Shown here one piece after another: positions 1 to 15,200 of a stretch of DNA of 64,000 nt. The notes beneath the pieces were generated by a model that did not search any database, had not been told where the DNA came from, and worked only from the letters and a program-made list of their open reading frames with translations. A program made the position numbers and the translations under genes. Position 1 is the stretch's first letter; every line of letters begins with the position of its first letter. This DNA is from Phoronis australis. Its lineage: Eukaryota > Animalia > Phoronida. Where the stretch lies: contig NMRA01000811.1 in NCBI GenBank assembly GCA_002633005.1, positions 62,001-126,000 of the forward strand. Direction: 5' to 3'.

Positions 1-140
1 TCAAATTTCTCCTTCATACTCTATCTTGTCACTTTGAAGTTGAGCTTTTTTACCAGTTTTACTTGAATGCTGCTGTTTTTTATTTTAAGATTTGATTACC
101 TTGTAGTTTTTTACATGAAAACGTATCAACCTCTTCACAG

Positions 141-287
141 GTTCTTGCCAAGAAAATGACCGTGTTGTATAAACTAGCCAAAGAACAGCTGTCCAAGCAG
201 TACCACTACGACTTTGGTCTGCGGGCCCTGAAATCTGTATTAGTTATGGCAGGTGAACTCAAGAGAGGCTCCCCAGACCTGCATGAG
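141..287 (+). CDS. DNAH10: Dynein HC exon ([11 protein letters not shown]...PDLHE)
   Basis: cag|GTT ... GAG|gtaagg; AAA1 C-terminal motif. Confidence 0.9.
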
Positions 288-3200
288 GTAAGGGTAGTGA
301 AAGTAAACGTCATAGATGGAAGTAACGCATATTTGTAAGGAATATACTCGTCTGATAATGTATCAAGTCCTGTTCTGATTTTAAATTTCCAGAGAACTTG
401 TGATTTCTAACTAGAGTGAGGTTTAGTTCATTTGCCCAGCATTGTTTATAGCAATTTTTGATTTCTACTTAATTCCAAGTAATGTATTATTTGTGCACAG
501 ATTTGTGACCCATTTCACTTTAACTATTAACAAAATGTCATGAATGTATGCTTGACCAAAGCACATTATAACTGTGCTAATTAGCAACTTTTACTTTAAG
601 TGTCAGTAGTTGAGGGAGTCAACTTTTGAATTTAATTCACTTCAATAATCTTAGTACAGCATGCTTATGAATAAATAAAAAGACATTTAATGACCTTGTG
701 GTAAAATAGGTCTTAAAATATACATAGAATGTCCATATTATAAAAGATGTCTTCACTCTACAGGATGTTGTGCTGATGAGAGCCCTGCGTGACATGAACC
801 TTCCCAAGTTTGTGTTTGAGGACGTACCCCTGTTCATGGGTCTGATCAGTGACTTGTTCCCAGGCCTTGACTGTCCCCGTGTACGCTACCCCAGCTTCAA
901 CGATGCTGTGGAGTCCGCACTGAAGGACAATGGATACATCCTATTGGAGCAACAGGTACTGTGGTGGTGTGGGGTTAAGTGGGGGGGGGGCTGTTGTATT
1001 GTGCTATGTGGTGGTGAGACATGCCGTCGGGTTCCATGTTGTACAACTATCATGGTGTGTGGCCATGCTTCAATGAATCTCTAGTGCACAACACATAGTG
1101 CTACATGGCAATATTGCATTACAACACATAGTACTGCATGGCAATATTGCATTACAACACATAGTAATGCATGGCAATATTGCATTACAACACATAGTAC
1201 TGCATGGCAATATATGGCACCACAGTGCAATGCATTAACTTGAAACTGTAGTGTACTGCTTTGACATTGAGTTGTTTCATCATTTTTGGTTTGCATCATT
1301 GTTGCAGCTACAATTTGGTATGTATGGTAAATAACTGGAGCTGAATCAGTATGCGGTGGTCACAGTACTGTAACATTGTGTCTACTTATTGATGCATAGT
1401 TCTAGCATGGTAGTGTAGTTGTAACCATTATAGTATGTAAAATGAGACAAAAAATTATCATGTACGATGAGGTCACATATATTTGCCTTCATTCAATACC
1501 TGTTAATACAAAGCATTCCTTCAGTATTTTTTATAATAAAATGAAATGCCTCCATTAGTTAAGGAACAAAAACTTTGACCTGTGCCCCAAACCACCTCAC
1601 TTATTTGTTCTAATGTTCACACAGGCTGACAAGGTGGTCCAGTTGTATGAGACCATGTTAACACGTCATACCACCATGGTGGTGGGACCCACTGGAGGTG
1701 GCAAGTCTGTTGTAATCAACGCGCTATCACAGGCGCAGACCAAGTAAGTTAAATCGCATTTGGAAGTTTTGAATAGTTGTGCTCTGATCTTAACAAATAC
1801 TTTAATGGATAAGATGTCTGTTAATATAACATACGTGCTTGGAATTGCATTGCAGTGAAGACGTATAGTGTTTTACTGAATTCATTTTTTAAGAAAAAGC
1901 TTGTTACATGTTTGAGCTCTGTGTAATAGTTGATGATATACTTCATGTTCTGATTAAAAGGTCAACTTAGAATTGGCATGTCGTGCAAAAATTTACCTCA
2001 CTTTTGTTGTCTTCTCTGTCTGAAACAAATAGTACAATTACGTTATTTGTCACGGGTTATGAAGTAAATCGTGCTGTGCAGCAGACACAAAAAGCTGGTT
2101 CATTGACTTGTCAACTGTTTCCTCCCAGACTTGGCCTGCACACCAAACTCTTTACCATCAACCCCAAAGACCGCAGTGTAATCGAACTTTACGGTATACT
2201 GGACCCAATCACACGTGACTGGACTGACGGATTGTTATCCAACATCTTCCGTGAGATCAACAAGCCAACGGACAAGCAGGAAAGGCGCTATATTGTTTTC
2301 GACGGTGACGTGGACGCCCTCTGGGTGGAGAACATGAACTCCGTCATGGATGACAATAAGTTGTTGACCTTGGCTAATGGAGAGCGTATCCGCCTGCAGA
2401 AACATTGCGCTCTTTTGTTTGAGGTACGTATGGGCGTGTAAGCAGACACTATACCTGGGAGTTGTCAAGCACATCATTAAGATGGCAACAACTGTTTATG
2501 GGGTTCTGTAGATTTTTACATAACACAATTTGTTGTGTTCATGTGCATGGTTCAGTGAATTATTCAAATATTTTCCACAGTTTCTGACTAAAATACAAGT
2601 CGGAATGTTAAGATTGGGATGAAGGAATTTTTGATTAAGCAAATTTTTACGTTGAATGTCTTCTGTATGTTGATTGGCCTTTCACTAATTAATTATGCTT
2701 GCACTATGTTATGTATTGAGTGATAAGTATTTTCATAAATTGATTTGCATATTGACAATACTATACCATACCTCTTTGCCAGGTGTTTGACCTGCAGTAT
2801 GCGTCGCCTGCCACTGTCTCCCGCTGTGGTATGGTATTCGTCGATCCCAAGAATCTGGGCTACGATCCCTTCTGGCAGAAGTGGGTGAACACTCGACCTA
2901 GCAAGCAAGAACAGGGGTACATGGGTCAGCTGTACACCAAGTATGTTCCACCGCTAGTTGAAATGATCATCGAAGGAATAGTTGACGGTAAACAAGAGCA
3001 GAAGATGAAGACAATTGTGCCACTCACCAACCTCAACCTGGTGAGTGTGACCAGTGTGTTAACTCCCTGTCTCCATCCTATTCCTGTATATAACCGTCAG
3101 GTGTTTATAATTTTGGATGTAATTTTGCGAGATGCCAGTGCTTCACAAATGTTTCTGTTTGGATATCAAAACTCCGCCTTTTCGCTTTTTGATTGATGGT

Positions 3201-6200
3201 ACATTGCTTGAAATCTGTTCTGTGTATGGATGAAAACTCCACCATTGCCGCTGTTGATTGACACATTAGTTTTGCTCATCATTGGTGCATATGGATACCA
3301 AAAACTCTGCCGCTCTTTTGATTGACATCTTATTGTTGTGTGGTAGGCTGTTCATTATTGGTGTAAGGTTATCAAAAGTCAACCTTTAATTGTTGATTGA
3401 CATCTCCTCAATACATTCCAGGTTACACAATTGGCCAACATGCTGGATTCTCTACTGGAGAAAGAGTATGAATATGAAGTGCTTGAGGCTTTCTTCATCC
3501 AAGCTGTCTATTGGTCTCTAGGGGCGTGTCTACTGGAAGATGGGCGGGTCAAGTTTGACAACCGTGTCCGCTATTTGGCTTCATTAAGTACTGTAGATGA
3601 GGATAAGTTAGCTGGCCCAGGTAAGCATTCTTGATATAATGTCTCTTTCTTTTGTATCCTTTTGACTGTTTCATGCTGGTAATATTAAATCTTAGTCTTT
3701 GTTAATGTTCTTTAAGAAATAGATTATCTTGTATAGTGCTATTCCTAAAGCTGCATTCACATGGGAGACAACTCTCACGGAGCAAATAACATGGAACGGC
3801 TGATCAGGCTCAAGTGTGTGTAAACACGACTGACACGGAGCAAGTTGACACCACGGCGGCTATTTTTGACACTGATTTGAAAGGTAGACTGAGTTGCACT
3901 TGATCAGTTGCTCTATTGTCAACTACGTGTCCAAATACAATAGGCGGGGTGGAAGGCTATCATCTGTCAGTGCGCTTGTGCAAAAGTGTATATACGGGTG
4001 ATTGGCTGGGATTCCACATGGTTCGGATGTTCGCTATAATGCGAGCATGCACATTCTTTGTGTAAATGACTCGTGTGGATCCAGTTTCTGATCTGATGTC
4101 GTTTAAGTGGTTCTTAAGTGGAGCAAGTCACACCATGAAAACTCTCACCATGACAACTGTTTAGGCTGTCTTGTCTGCAATGTACTCTTTCTGCTGTGTC
4201 ATTGATGTGCTGTCTTGACAGTTTCACTGAAAATTGAAGGTTTGGGAGACAAGTGTCTTTTTCTTGTCTTTTTGGTAGATCTTTTATTTAAACCTTACAT
4301 CACAAAATATAGACCGCGATAGTTTGTGGAGTGACACAACCGTGCCTGTTATATTACTCTCAGTCTAGTTTGTTAACTATTTTCCCTTCTGTAACATGTG
4401 CACGTTGTTACATTCTGATTGTAAAATGTGCTTAGCGCTGTATAGATACTGGGATTGTTCTTATTGATTCTTAAATCTAGTGACTCGTTCTGAAAAAAAG
4501 AGACTTAAGTATAGAAAACGTCGGAGATGTGAGTGAACCATGGTCTGCACTGAGCATGCTCAATGTTAGTCAAAGAATATCAACGCTCACTATCGTCACC
4601 TTGTATAGTTTGGCCATGTATCAGTATCGTTCATTGCATTGCTTGATCATTACATTGCTTGATCATTACATTGCTTGATCATTACACACTTGTTCATTTT
4701 TCTATAATGCTGTTCATGCTTTCACCATTTACTTTATTCTGGCTTTCATCGTCTGCTTTTATTGTACTATGGTTTCTTGCAATGCTGAACATGTCAAATG
4801 TGTCTTGTTTTGTTTATTACTATGCATCATGTGAATTGTAAGGAATGAATTGAGACTACACATTTTTTTATTGAATGTTCATGTCGCATTTACGAAAATT
4901 TAAGTTAAAAATTGAGATCTTCGTATAATAACAAACTTAGAAATGTTTTATAAATTCACTTATTAAGATATTTCAATTGTGAAATATAGGTGCAATTTTG
5001 AGGAACAATTTGGCACTGAAATTGGAAAGAATTGCCAAATTCGAATGGAATTTTAAAAAAATTATCTCCACTTCAAACGATTTGTTGATTGGCATTTTAA
5101 TGAATGAAATTTGAAAGGAATTGTCGCATATTGAAATTTTTATTTTTGGTTTCCCATTAAGGGAAATATAGCCATGTACCTATTGTGTGACATTATCAAT
5201 TAGAATTTCCCATTTACAAGTTGCTGTTCCTCAAACCACCATCTGTTTTCTCAGGGGAGTTACCTACCGGCCTACAGATGTATGAGTTCTTCTGGGATGT
5301 CGCCCAACTCAAGTGGATCCCATGGCAGAAGATTGTGCCTAAGTACGTACACGACCCTGAGAAGAAGTTCAACGAGATCCTTGTGCCCACCGTCGACACG
5401 GTGCGCGCCACGTGGCTACTGGAACAGCAGGTGAAGATCAAACGACCTGTCCTTCTGGTGGGAGATACTGGCACATCAAAGTCAGCCACGGCCGGGAACT
5501 ACCTGAGGTCCCTGGACAGTGAGAAGTTTGTAAGTTGAGCCTTTTCTCATTGTAACGGCCATTACTTAATTGTTGATGACTGACTATTGGATTGGGTTGC
5601 CTTGTGTTATATTGAACATTGATGTGACTGACTATTGGATTGGGTTGCCTTGTGTTATATTGAACATTGATGTGACTGACTATTGGATTGGGTTGCCTTG
5701 TGTTATANTTTTCCCTTCTGTAACATGTGCACGTTGTTACATTCTGATTGTAAAATGTGCTTAGCGCTGTATAGATACTGGGATTGTTCTTATTGATTCT
5801 TAAATCTAGTGACTCGTTCTGAAAAAAAGAGACTTAAGTATAGAAAGCGTCGGAGATGTGAGTGAACCATGGTCTGCACTGAGCATGCTCTATGTTAGTC
5901 AAAGAATATCAATGCTCACTATCGTCACCTTGTATAGTTTGGCCATGTATCAGTATCGTTCATTACATTGCTTGATCATTACATTGCTTGATCATTACAT
6001 TGCTTGATCATTACACGCTTGTTCATTTTTCTATAATGCTGTTCATGCTTTCACCATTTACTTTATTCTGGCTTTCATCGTCTGCTTTTATTGTACTATG
6101 GTTTCTTGCAATGCTGAACATGTCAAATGTGTCTTGTTTTGTTTATTATTTATTATGCATCATGTGAATTGTAAGGAATGAATTGAGACTATGCATTTTT

Positions 6201-9200
6201 TATTGAATTTTCATGTCGCATTTACGAAAATTTATGTTAAAAATTGAGATCTTTGTATAATAACAAACTTGGAAATGTTTTATGAATCCACTTATTAAGA
6301 TATTTCAATTGTGAAATATAGAGGCAATTTTGAGGAACAATTTGGCACTGAAATTGGAAAGAATTGCCAAATTCGAATGGAATTTTAAAAAAATTATCTC
6401 CACTTCAAACGATTTGTTGATTGGCATTTTAATGAATGAAATTTGAAAGGAATTGTCGCGTATGGAAATTTTTATTTTTGCTTTCCCATTAAGGGAAATA
6501 TAGCCATGTACCTATTGTGTGACATTATCGATTAGAATTTCCCATTTACAAGTTGCTGTTCCTCAAACCACCATCTGTTTTCTCAGGGGAGTTACCTACC
6601 GGCCTACAGATGTATGAGTTCTTCTGGGATGTCGCCCAACTCAAGTGGATCCCATGGCAGAAGATCGTGCCTAAGTACGTACACGACCCTGAGAAGAAGT
6701 TCAACGAGATCCTTGTGCCCACCGTCGACACGGTGCGCGCCACGTGGCTACTGGAACAGCAGGTGAAGATCAAACGACCTGTCCTTCTGGTGGGAGATAC
6801 TGGCACATCAAAGTCAGCCACGGCCGGGAACTACCTGAGGTCCCTGGACAGTGAGAAGTTTGTAAGTTGTAGCGACCATTACTTAATTGTCGATGACTGA
6901 CTATTGGATTGGGTTGCCCTGTGTTATATTGAACATTGCTGAGATGTGTATTTGACACATCAAAGAACTTGTCGTTATCATTTTTATCCTGATTGTGATC
7001 ATGCATGATGAATGCTACTTATTTTTGTCGCAACAAAACTCTATAGTCAATTAATAACCACAATCAAAATGGTTTTATTTCATTGGTTATGCTAACTTGA
7101 GCTTAATCGTGTGATTGTATATTATTTTCTGCCAAGCCTTGATAGTGAATCCATATTTTGTAGTTGCTCCTCAACATCAACTTCTCGTCACGTACGACAT
7201 CCATGGACGTCCAACGTAACATTGAGGCCAACGTAGAGAAGAGAACCAAGGACACCTATGGGCCACCGCCGGGCAAGAGACTCATTATATTCATTGATGA
7301 CATGAACATGCCACAGGTTTGTCTTCTACCAAACAGTCACATGTGACTCTGAGTTACAGTGGTATATGTTCAAAATATTCATTAAAAACCATTGTTAGCC
7401 TCGTATTCTTTCTAAAGAAAAGCGTATCTACTTGTTAACTATTAATAGTACTGATTGGTCTGTTCTTTCCCAATTACTCAATTTGAATTCAATTGGCAAT
7501 TATTATTTCACTTGGTTTCAGTGTTTAACTATTAACAGAATTTATTAATGTCAAATGGTACGCGATTTTCTTCTTGTTTTAACATTTAATGACCATTTCT
7601 CGTTTATCTTCAACAAAAACAAGAAAACATAAATACACAAAGTGAATGGCCTGTGTCTCATTCGCTTCAGGTGGACCAGTATGGCACTCAGCAGCCAATC
7701 GCGCTACTCAAACTGCTACTCAACAGAGGGGGTATGTATGATCGTGGAAAGGACCTCAACTGGAAGTCGATGAAAGACATGGGCTATGTGGCAGCCATGG
7801 GAAAAGCGGGAGGGGGTCGTAACGACACAGACCCTCGCTTCATCACTCTCTTCAGTGTCTTTAACATGACCTTCCCTGCTCAAGAGTCACTATTCCTCAT
7901 CTATAACTCCATACTGGCAGGACACACTCTGCCATTCTGTAAGGAGATTACGGACGTGGTCAGCACTATTACGCGGATGACACTGGACCTCTATGGGTGA
8001 GTTGTCTCCCCTGGTCGTTTTCATATCCAAGTTATTCGCCACTGCCGTCTCATACTATGAGTACAGGTTTTCTCTTTTTTCTCGAATTAAAACACTTTAA
8101 AATGTACTGTTTTGTAACTTGTAAATCACCTAGTCAATTTACCTGAATTTATTTGTGAAGCCGTGGTGCATCCGTAAAACGATATTGTTAACTCCTTTAT
8201 TTTTAGAGATACTTGACTCTCATTGTCCAAGTCCACCTTTTTAGTTCTCTTCCTTAGCCCCAGGTATTTATCAGGAGTCATACTGTATCGTTATGCGTTA
8301 CGCTACGCCTCATACTTACAGCAACATAGTGAAGGAACTGCCTCCAACGCCCTCTAAATTCCACTACATCTTCAACTTGCGCGACCTCTCACGTATCTAC
8401 AATGGACTTTGTCTGACCACGCCGGACAGATTCACAGAGGTCAAACAGTTTGTCCGCTGTTGGAAGAACGAGTGCTCCAGAGTCATTTGTGATAGGCTGA
8501 TCTCCGACGCTGACAAGGAACTTGTAGAAGTAGGTTCAACTATTCTTATATCAATTCTTTTACCTTTTCTATAGTTTTGTAATTAAATCATTTACTGTTA
8601 ACATATAATATGACGTATCATTGGCATCATTACGTTCCTACAACATAATAATGTTTGGCATCAAATGGAAACTTGTGACTGTTTTTAAAAAGGAGACGGG
8701 CAGGCTTGAAAACTTCCTTCATAGAGAACCTGTTGATAGATAACAAGTCTCTCTAGTTCAGGTGTTTTGTGCAGTGGACTCCACCATTAGGCCTGCGCGT
8801 GTCTGGTGCACCGCAAAAAACATCAGACCCCCTGCACTCTTTTTTTAATGATGAAATGAATTGGTTCAAAACCATAGAAAATCATTTAGTACTCAATCAG
8901 CTTTCTATGCTATGCACACTAGCTAAATTAGCAGATCTCGTTGTTTGTGCATTTTAGCCTCTCACAAGCAGATTCCCTATTAACTGTGCATTTGTCCTTA
9001 ATTTTGTCTGAGGTAGTCCATGATTAGGCTTACCTGTATGTCTCATATCCTTTGAGGTGTGACACTTGTGAGTCGTTGGAAAACATGCAACGTTCAGGAC
9101 TAAGAACAAACCAATTTTGACTTATTGTGACAGTGCAAGAAGATTTTATTTAAAAATGTGTGTGACGAAATAAAATCTGTGAAGATGATGTCACCCTTTC

Positions 9201-12200
9201 TCTCATCGATGGTAAAAATTCTCCAATTTGGACAGTAAATTAGCTCTAGGCCGGAAGCTTGTCCCAGCAATATTGGCCAATCCAAATTCAAGAATCACTG
9301 GAAAGACTGCAAAATTTGCCACTCTGTAGATAGAAAGCACACTGTCCGAAATTTGAGAAATGTGATGACATAATTGCCCGTGTCCCAAATTCCAGAATCA
9401 AACAAATTCAATTTTTGGAGGAGTTTCTGTGTCCTGAATTCTAGAGACTATTTCATGTGCACAATGTTTGTGTTCCTAACTTGTGTGTTTTTCCTAATGT
9501 TATCATGTATCTCTTTTCTCAGGGCATGATGAAAACTCTTCTTGAGGATAACTTCAAGAAGGACTTGACGTTCATCCAGCAGGTGCCGCTGTTGTATGGA
9601 GACTTCCGTACAGCCCTGGATGAGGGTGAGCCCAGGCTGTATGAAGACTTGCAGGATTATGAGGCAATCAAAGCCATATTCACTGAGGTATAGTTTGTTT
9701 CTGGTTCTAGAAAAATTTCTCAGTCAAAATCGTAGTTTCTCGTGAAAATAGGGAAAGCACCTAAACCATTCAGAAAATTTCTGGAAAAATGCAGAAGGCA
9801 TGATTTTTGAATGTGCATCTTGGGAAACATCTTGTTGCCAGGGAACTTCTGCTTAATTACTCTGAAGCTTAATTGACTGTACTTCGGGAGCAAGTTTTCT
9901 GTTATACAGAATTTGTTGAATGCACGACACTTTTCATTGTTCACGGTCTTTATTCCGTTGCGTTCATACTTTCTGAACAAAACTCTACTCTCAACTGAAC
10001 ATAGATACAGTAACAAATTCTGAAGCTTAATTGAGCAATAAGTGCGATTAGTCAAAGTGTAATAATTCACGAATTATTCCCTTTAGATCCTGGAAGAATA
10101 CAATGACCGCCACACAGCCATGAACTTGGTGTTGTTCGACGATGCACTGGAGCATTTGACCCGTGTCCATCGCGTCATTCGCATGGACCAGGGCCACGCC
10201 CTTCTTGTCGGCGTCGGTGGCAGTGGTAAGCAGAGTCTCACCCGATTGGCTGCCTTCACTGCTGGATGCGAGGTATTCGAGATCACCCTAAGTCGAGGCT
10301 ACAATGAGAACAACTTTCGCGACGACCTGAAAATACTGTACAACATGTTGGGCATGGAGAATAAGAAGGTTGTGTTCTTGTTCACTGATCAACATGTGGC
10401 CGAGGAGGGCTTCCTTGAGCTCATCAACAACATGTTGACATCTGGCATGGTGCCAGCACTCTACCCTGATGATGAGAAGGAGGGGATTATTGGCAATGTA
10501 AGTAGTTAATACGTGCTTTTATTGAATGTAGGGAACTGATGGAAACGGAATGTATGTTGACGTCTGGCATGGTGCTGGCGCTCTACCCAAATGCATGTCG
10601 TTGATATGCACATGTAAATTATATGAACTGCCTAGTTTGTTGTATTTTGTATCCTACAGTAGACCCTTTAAGAACAATGATGACTTTGTGCTCTCAGTAC
10701 ATCAGACACTGTATTATTTTTATGTAATGAATGCTTTTTAAATAAAACCAGATTAAAATTGTTAATAATTAAGCCACAAAGTTTAAACAACCCATGTTAA
10801 GTGGACATTGTATATTAATAAGTTTCCAATAATGACTTTATGTATGCTACATAATGCTATTGTGTTGGACTGACTGTGCAGTTCTAATCACTGCAGTCTA
10901 GTTGTCAAAACCTCTATTTTTGTAGTTTTTGATCTCTTTTATAGTTATTTGACGCTAATGTTTACTTGACTTTTTCAGATTCGAAACGAGGCCTCCAAAG
11001 AAGGGTTTGGCCCCGCCCGTGAGAGCATTTGGCAATATTTTGTTACCAAGTGTGCCAACAACCTTCACATTGTTATGGCCATGTCACCCGTTGGTGAGGT
11101 ATTGAGGACACGTTGTCGTAACTTCCCAGGCATGGTCAACAACGCTAGTATTGACTGGTTCTTCCCATGGCCAGAGCAGGCCTTGTTCGCTGTGGCAGGA
11201 GTGTTTATATCCCCTGACGTAAGTGCATCATTGGTCAACAGCTTGTGTATAATGGAGGACAAGTACGGTAAAATCTTATCTCTTACGGACAAAAATAATT
11301 GCCAAAATTGGTCTTGTTTTCATTTTTCTAAAGCTTCTAATATTGTTTTTTAGATGTCCATGATTTCTCAGAAACATTGTCTGGCATTAGTTATGGCAAA
11401 AACTTTTAAAATGGTGTAGTTTTAATGGCATGGTTCATTTGGTGTTATTTATCTTTTATTGAAAAATGAAATCAGAAAAATTCACTTTGTCCTTAATCGG
11501 TGAGATTTTCCTGTAACAGCTTATTGTGGCATTCATTGCAAAAACATTACTCTGTTTGGACTGATTGTGCTTATATTTATGACATTTTCAATTCATCACA
11601 AATTGTTCTACTCTTTTGAAAGCTGAATCTTATATAATGTTTTAATTTTTTAGTTTTTTGTCTCACGTTTTTGTCATGACACCTGATACCTCAATGGAAT
11701 GTTTTTTTCTTTAACTGTGGATACTTGACACTTGATTTAAGAAATTTGAAGCCTGTATTAATTTGAAGAAATGTGGTAGCTGTAGTTTTGTTAACAATAC
11801 TGTCAATTGTCACTCAGAATCCGTTGATCCCTGAGGAGCACCGTGATGGTATAGTCAAGCACATCGTCAAAGTACACCAGGTGGTGGGCGACTTCAGCGT
11901 CACATTCCTGCGAAAGCTGCGCCGTGCCAACTTTGTGACCCCCAAGAATTACCTGGACTTTGTGACCACGTATACCAAGCTACTGCAGGAGAAAGATGAC
12001 TACATTAATGCTCTGGTCAGTACTGATACACAAGGAAATGAAAAACGTAGTTTGGAATTTTCATTTGATTTAGATTTTATGGCAACTGAAATTAAAGCAA
12101 ATCTGGAATTTCATTTTTCATTTAAATTGAGAAACACTTATTGAAATAAAAAATACTATATTCTTCCATAACCCCCTATCTGTTTTCAGACTTTACTGAA

Positions 12201-15200
12201 ATAAGTGCCCACCCCATGAACCTGTACGTGTGAAACAAAGAAATTCAGCACAACAATGTGGAATTTTCCTATCAACACAACTTAATAGGGCGAGTAGTGT
12301 AGTTGAAAATTATAGGAAATGATCCTTTTCTTGTACTTATGAGTTAAAATCTGATGTCTATCTTTAGTGCCAACGTCTAGATGGTGGTCTGCAGAAGATT
12401 GCAGAAGCTCGTGTCCAGCTAAACGAACTGAACGAAAAACTGGCCGTCCAGAAGGTGGCTGTGACAGAGAAGACAGCAGCTTGTGAGAAACTCTTGGAGG
12501 TGATTGCCAAGAGCTCAAGTCAGGCATCGGAGAAGAAAGAGCTAGCCGTCGCTAAGGGGAAAGAGATTGAGGAACAGAGCAAGATTATTGTTGTAGAGAA
12601 GGTGAGATGGGAAACCCATTGTAGTCTCTAAAGAACAATGAGTTGCTAACACTTATGCTTGTAATTTTAGTAAGCTAATGTATTTGCCAACAGGAAGTTG
12701 AAAAGATTTGTAGCAGTTAGTAAAGAATCTGTTGATAACACTCTGATCAGTCATTACAGTCGAGACAATTGTGGTTGGCTAAGCTATGCTGTCATCAGTT
12801 GCAGACCTTGGTGTTTATCCTGTCTGGGATTGAACAGTGTTGGTTGTTTGTCAGTCAGTTTGCCACTGTGTTCCTTGTGTGTGTGGTTGACCAGTATCAG
12901 TTGTGTATCAATATCACCCTACTGACTCTTCCCTTTACTTTTACAGAAAGAAGCTGAAGATGCCCTGGCGGAGGCCTTGCCTGCCCTTGAAGCTGCCAGA
13001 CTGGCCCTTGATGACCTTGATAAGTCTGATGTAACAGAAATCAGGTGAGAGTGTTGTGTGATTTACAAAATAAACTTCGGTTGACAGTATTATTCAAATG
13101 TAATTAAGGTTGCTGGATCGATTTTATGCTCTTTTGACAAAGACAGAGTTTAGATGTCGATGCAATGAAATTGTCACTTGCAACCAAGAACAAGCTGTAG
13201 CAAGACGAAGGTGATAACAATGCACATGAAAAGTCTGTTGGGAAATCGCTTTGTGCTTTGCTTGTAAGATTCCTGATTTAGGGGAATTGTCATGTATTTG
13301 ATTTTCGATATTTACCTTTTCTCCATCCAGGTCCTTTGCAAAGCCCCCTAAGCCTGTGCAAGTGGTTCTCGAGTGCATTGTGGTGATCCGGGGTATCAAA
13401 GAGGTCTCGTGGAAGTCTGCCAAAGCTATGATGGCTGAAGCTAACTTCCTCAAGTCATTGACAGAGATGGACGTGGATGCCATTACAATGAAACAAGTCT
13501 CCACTGTAAAAGGTATGTTTTGGTTTGTGTTTTGTTGATATGTTGACTGATTAAACTGTAAATTAACATGATTTCATTGTTCACGGTTAAGGAATTAGTC
13601 ATGCTATAAAAATGTAGTTTTGATGGAACATTTTACATGAATATTTTAGTGGTTTACAATTTCATTTCTGCAGCCAGCAGTATACTTTCTGTTATAACTA
13701 GCATATTCGGCATCTTTATACTGTGCGCAGTGGGCATCTCACTACCTGATTGCTTTGCTTGAATACTATTCATTGAGCATGAGTCATTCTGTATTGTTGC
13801 AATCTGCCAATAGATGTCTCCTGCCAAGTGCTCTAAAGCTACAATTATGTACTTGTTATCTCGTAGGTTTCATGAAGGAGGCTGACTTGAACCTTGAAGA
13901 CATGAAAGTGATCAGTAAGGCTGGTGCCGGTCTATTCAAGTTTGTTGATGCAGTCATGGGTTACTGTGCTGTAGCGAGGGAGATCAAACCAAAGAGGGAA
14001 AAGGTACTCCTTGAATCATGTCTTCACAAGGATTTTTGTTCACGACAATCTTATTAGAATTAGACATGGAGCTAGTGAAATCCACGGGTTATATTTAGTT
14101 GTTTTTAAACATGTCACTGTGCTGTTGGTATTCAGAGCAAGTGTAATCATGAGAGTTGTAAGAGTGTGGCGATCAGAAAAATGGCTTTGTTAAGAAGTTT
14201 GTCTTTCCAGTGGCATTCTGAAAACAAATTTTTCTTGCCTAATTTCCTTGAAAGTTGACTATCAAGTCACTAATGCCAGTACATGGTTGGTGTTCACATA
14301 ATTCCACATTTTAGTAACAGTTAACATATCTGGCTAGTGCACACCACGGACCACCAGGGGGCACAACTTTAGCATGATTTGGGTAAGATCAATGATTGTC
14401 AGAAAATTTGTGAATCAGCTGACTACACACTTCTCTGAATTAATCCTCTTATGGTTTGTCATGGGTTCATGTGGTAATAGTTCACCCTACTCTCCACCAG
14501 GTGGCGCGTCTGGAGCGTAACTACCACCAGGCAAAGCGTGACCTTGACAAGATTAACAAGGAGGTTGAGAAGCTAGAGAACGAGCTGGCAGAACTCTCCC
14601 GTCAATACGAGGAAGCTATGGCCTCCAGACAGAAGTTACAAGAGGAGGCAGAGATTATGGAGAGGAGGTTGATAGCTGCTGATAAGCTCATTTCTGGTCT
14701 CGGCTCAGAGAGCGTACGGTGAGTAGGCTTTGGGCTTACACTCATATGATTTTTGGAATTTAGTTTCCAGTGATTAAATTTTTATGCATTTTTATTTACC
14801 TGTCTCTGTGGCTTCTAAATCCTAGATCCACACACCCATTTTCTAACTTGTTTGTTCTTTATGAACATGTTAGATTGTTGCATGGTGTGCTGGATTATTG
14901 GGCAAAAACTATTTTTGTTGTCATTGGTAACATTTTATGAAGCTTAGAATTATTGTTTGGAATTAGTGCAATGTTCAAATTTGGATGAGGTTCTGTGAGT
15001 GTACTATACTTTGTTTAATGATTTTTTTCCTTTTTTAACCTTTTGATTTCATAGTGACACAAATTGAAAAGTGCAGATATTCATTGCAGAGAAATATCAC
15101 TCAAAGATGTGAGAATTTGCTGGCTTGTGATGATGTGATTGAATCTCTCATTCTGATTTACATCTGTGCTTCAGATGGAACAAAGAACTTGCCGAGTTGA

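Larger units (their letters stand above)
4380..6945. repeat. Tandem duplication (~1.3 kb) joined by single N at 5708; probable allelic false duplication
   Basis: 5709 onward restarts at the sequence seen at ~4380; copies near-identical with scattered SNPs/indels. Confidence 0.85.

Noticed and set aside
5255-6861. Mutually exclusive alternative exons in dynein AAA3
   Set aside because: Proteins are identical, introns are near-identical too, and the junction is a single N; an allelic assembly artefact is far more parsimonious
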